DNA from: Eledone cirrhosa
Taxonomy: Eukaryota
Length of the DNA: 64,000 nucleotides
Assembly (NCBI GenBank): GCA_964016885.1
Contig: OZ024753.1
Span: 38,750,001 to 38,814,000 of the forward strand
Reading direction: 5' to 3'
Below the pieces are notes generated by a model. It saw nothing but the letters and a program-made list of their open reading frames with translations, was not told the origin of the DNA and did no database searches. Position 1 is the stretch's first letter, and each line of letters begins with the position of its first letter. The position numbers and the translations under genes are program-made. This document shows, one piece after another, positions 60,838-64,000 of this stretch.

Positions 60838-63717
60838 TCACGCACACACAGAGAAAGGATAACAGGACTTTTTCGAATATATTTCTTAATTTCTTTTCAA
60901 ATATTTGATTTCCTGCCACTTCTAACCCCTCCCTCCCCCATAAAAGAAAGAAGAAAAAAACCCCAAAAAAACTAAGGATTCTTCTTTTCAGTTTTTACTT
61001 CTTGTGCCACACAACGTTCCTCTCTCTCTTTCTCTTGCACTCGTAATTCCCCACAGACACCGTTTGTTGTATTCCTCAAACCATGTTCAAAGTAAGCTGG
61101 CACCAAATGAGGGAAAAACAAGTTTTTCTTCACCATTGTCCTAAGAGACACATTGATACGGTTTGAACTGCAACAAGAAAAGTATCTTTAACTTTTCTGT
61201 CTATCATTTGCCTATCAATGTTCGCCTGAATCAATTTGGTTTTCTTAAGATTTTAATCAATCATTCTCTATCTGGTGAATTCAACTTGAGTTCGTTTGGA
61301 ATAACATTCTCTCTCTACCTTAGGCAAGGTTACATCCCGTTAGGGATAAACTATCGATATTTCTATCTCAGATCACTGCGGCTGATTTCACATCAACGCA
61401 GTCAAACATATGACAAAATAAAAGTTTCTTGGAATCAAATAATACTGACATTTTCACATAGCGAGTAGATGGTAGATTTATTAAGATTGAATAATAAAGC
61501 TGAACTTTTCCAAACATTTCAACATGTTGTCTGCTTGCCTGATATATTCTTGGTTTTCTCGTAGAATAGTTTAAGGATTATAGAATGAATAAGACTTAAT
61601 TATATAATACGAATCAATACGATAGCGATGAGTCAGTAGAAATGGTTAAAGTTATAGAGAAAATGTCTCTGGTGAAATTAGAAAGTTTCTTATACTTTAA
61701 TTTTGTATTTTGGGTGGGTAATTTTACCAATTAAAATCACACCCATTGCTTATAATTAATTCCTTTGTTATTTATTTGTGGCCTTGTCCTTATATTCCAT
61801 CCATGGGTTGTTAGCTTTGTATTGAGTCGTTGGCACTTTAAACCTGCCGGAGCCCAACCTTCTTCAGGTTTAAACACAGGTTTAAATTCGTCCAGAGAAA
61901 GCGAGATAGAAAGAAAACAATGAAAGACACAGAAATAGAGAGGTCAACCCCAGTGTTAGATTGGTTCTATATTTCTCGATATTTAATGGATAATAAACAA
62001 AGTTAGGCTTACTGGGATTTGAACTCAGAGCGTAGATAACCGGAACGAATTCCCGAAAGCATTCCAATCGACTTTCTAACGAACATGTCACTTCTCTGCC
62101 TTGTGCCTATAGAAATTAATAAAATATGCATCCTGATTGCAAAGCAAGGGTTTTGATCATTATAATTTCGCTGATTGCGATTGATCATGTAAAAAGTATT
62201 GATATTTGAATATCCATTCGATTTGACATGTAAATGTAATAAATAATTTATAAGTGTAATCAAGGGAAGTAAGCATGGATGACTGATTTGTTAAAGTAAC
62301 CGAGTAACCATACCGTGAGTTGACGGTCCGCCTACAATGCTCATTTCTCTCGTATTTCCAAGGTCAGACACATCACGACCATCCAGTAAAAAAGCACCTT
62401 TACCTAGCTGCAAATAATCTCATTAAATTACAACATAACCATCTAAAAATGCATTGCGGGACTAGATATAGTTTATCAGAAGAAAATGATGGAGCGGTAA
62501 CGAATTAAATGTCTTTAATCATACGTCTGCTGAGTTAAAGCAGATCTGTGGTTAAAGATGGTGGGTTCGAAACCAACACCAGATAATGTGTGTAATGTGT
62601 AATGTTCTTGAGCAAAATACTTAATTTCACGTTGCTTTTCATGACAAGACTGAGCCCGCTAGTATTAAAGCAACTGAATAACCTCAAATATGATGCAAAC
62701 TTATAGGAAGCTAGCTAAACCTACTAAGATGTGAGCTGTAACAACGACAACAACAACAACAAAACAACAACATATGTGCATACACACACATGTTGCTGTT
62801 GTTGTTACAGCTCGCACCTATGCAGGTTTAGCTGGCCTCCTCCAAGGTATATCTCATTGGAGGTGTTTTGGGTGATTTAATGATAGGGACCCCAGTCCTA
62901 TCATCCCATTTCTACAGCTGAGTAAACTGAAGTAACGTGAAATAAAGTGTTTTGCTCAAGGAAACAGCACATCACCCGCATACACACACATGCACATACA
63001 TAAATGGTAACACTAGGGCCCTTATCATTAAAATACCCAAGAAATTTCGTAACATTCCTATGAGGTGTAATCTTATAGGAGGCCAGCTAAACCTGCAAAG
63101 GTGAGAACTGTAACAATATGATAGCTCTGTAGCCCTTATCATTAAAACACCCAAAGAAACCTCCTATGAGACACAGCCGCACAAATGACAAACTAAACCT
63201 ACAAAGTTCTGAACTGTAAATATACATTTTTATCATGTTTATTATCATTAAGACGTTAGATCTAGCAGTAATTTTTAGCGATCCATGCAACCACGTAGAG
63301 GATCCTTCCTTGTGTAAAATCTCCACACACACGAGGATATTGATCTAAGGTTTATCATTTTAATATGTTTGAACGGCGATGTTGCTCTCCCTTCAGCAGA
63401 ATAAAATTAACCTGTATTTTTACGGAGTTCTAAGGAAGACCAACAGTTTCCCAAATGCCGACACAGCTTGGCACCAGTGACATCGCAACACAACTCAGAA
63501 CCTAAAGATACTTTAACAATTCCGCCAATAAACCCCTCCCACTCTGGACTAATATATTATTTATCAATCCCGAAAAGACGAAAGGCAAAGTTGACTTCGG
63601 TTGGGTTTGAACTTAAAGTGCAGAGAACCGGAGTACTTAATTCGACCCTCTAATGAGTCTGCCAAAATGTCGCCTATCTCGCTTTCTCTAGATAGTGACA
63701 GATAGACGGTTAGATGG

Positions 63718-63813
<96 letters not shown>

Positions 63814-64000
63814 TAGAGATAAATAGATAGATAGATATATAAATAGATAGATAAACACATAGGTAGATAGGAGATATTTAGATATGCACCAAGATTGAAT
63901 GAGAGACAGAGAGAGAGAGAGAGAAAAAAGGGAGAGAGAGAGAAAAAGGGAAAGGGAGAGAGAGATAGAGATAGATAGATAGAGAGAGAGAGGGAGAGGG

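Overview
This is a eukaryotic, extremely AT-rich, microsatellite-saturated region with no host gene I can support. The SINE types and (TA)n density suggest a coleoid cephalopod such as Octopus (inference). Nearly all ORF-track entries are translations of (TA)n, (CA)n or trinucleotide repeats. (1) There is one near-intact Tx1/L1-clade LINE (~21156-26877; ORF1 with a CCHC knuckle, ORF2 APE-RT with one frameshift). It and three 5'-truncated relatives all sit in (TATC)n, suggesting a GATA-microsatellite-targeting family. (2) Many 100-500 bp elements lie inside (TA)n tracts. They carry type I hammerhead ribozyme (HHR) motifs and often fold-back inversions, as expected for Penelope-like element (PLE) ends, and a decayed PLE GIY-YIG fragment lies at ~39.4 kb. 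(3) Most unusually, two dissimilar insertions (43889-43945 +, 33279-33343 -) carry all three hammerhead core strands with covarying helices, in an order that is not a circular permutation (not type I, II or III). This implies a pseudoknotted or trans-assembled hammerhead. (4) The rest comprises two tRNA-derived SINE families, mariner/Tc1 MITEs, an RTE fragment and minisatellites. All structure calls were made by eye; no folding software or database search was run.
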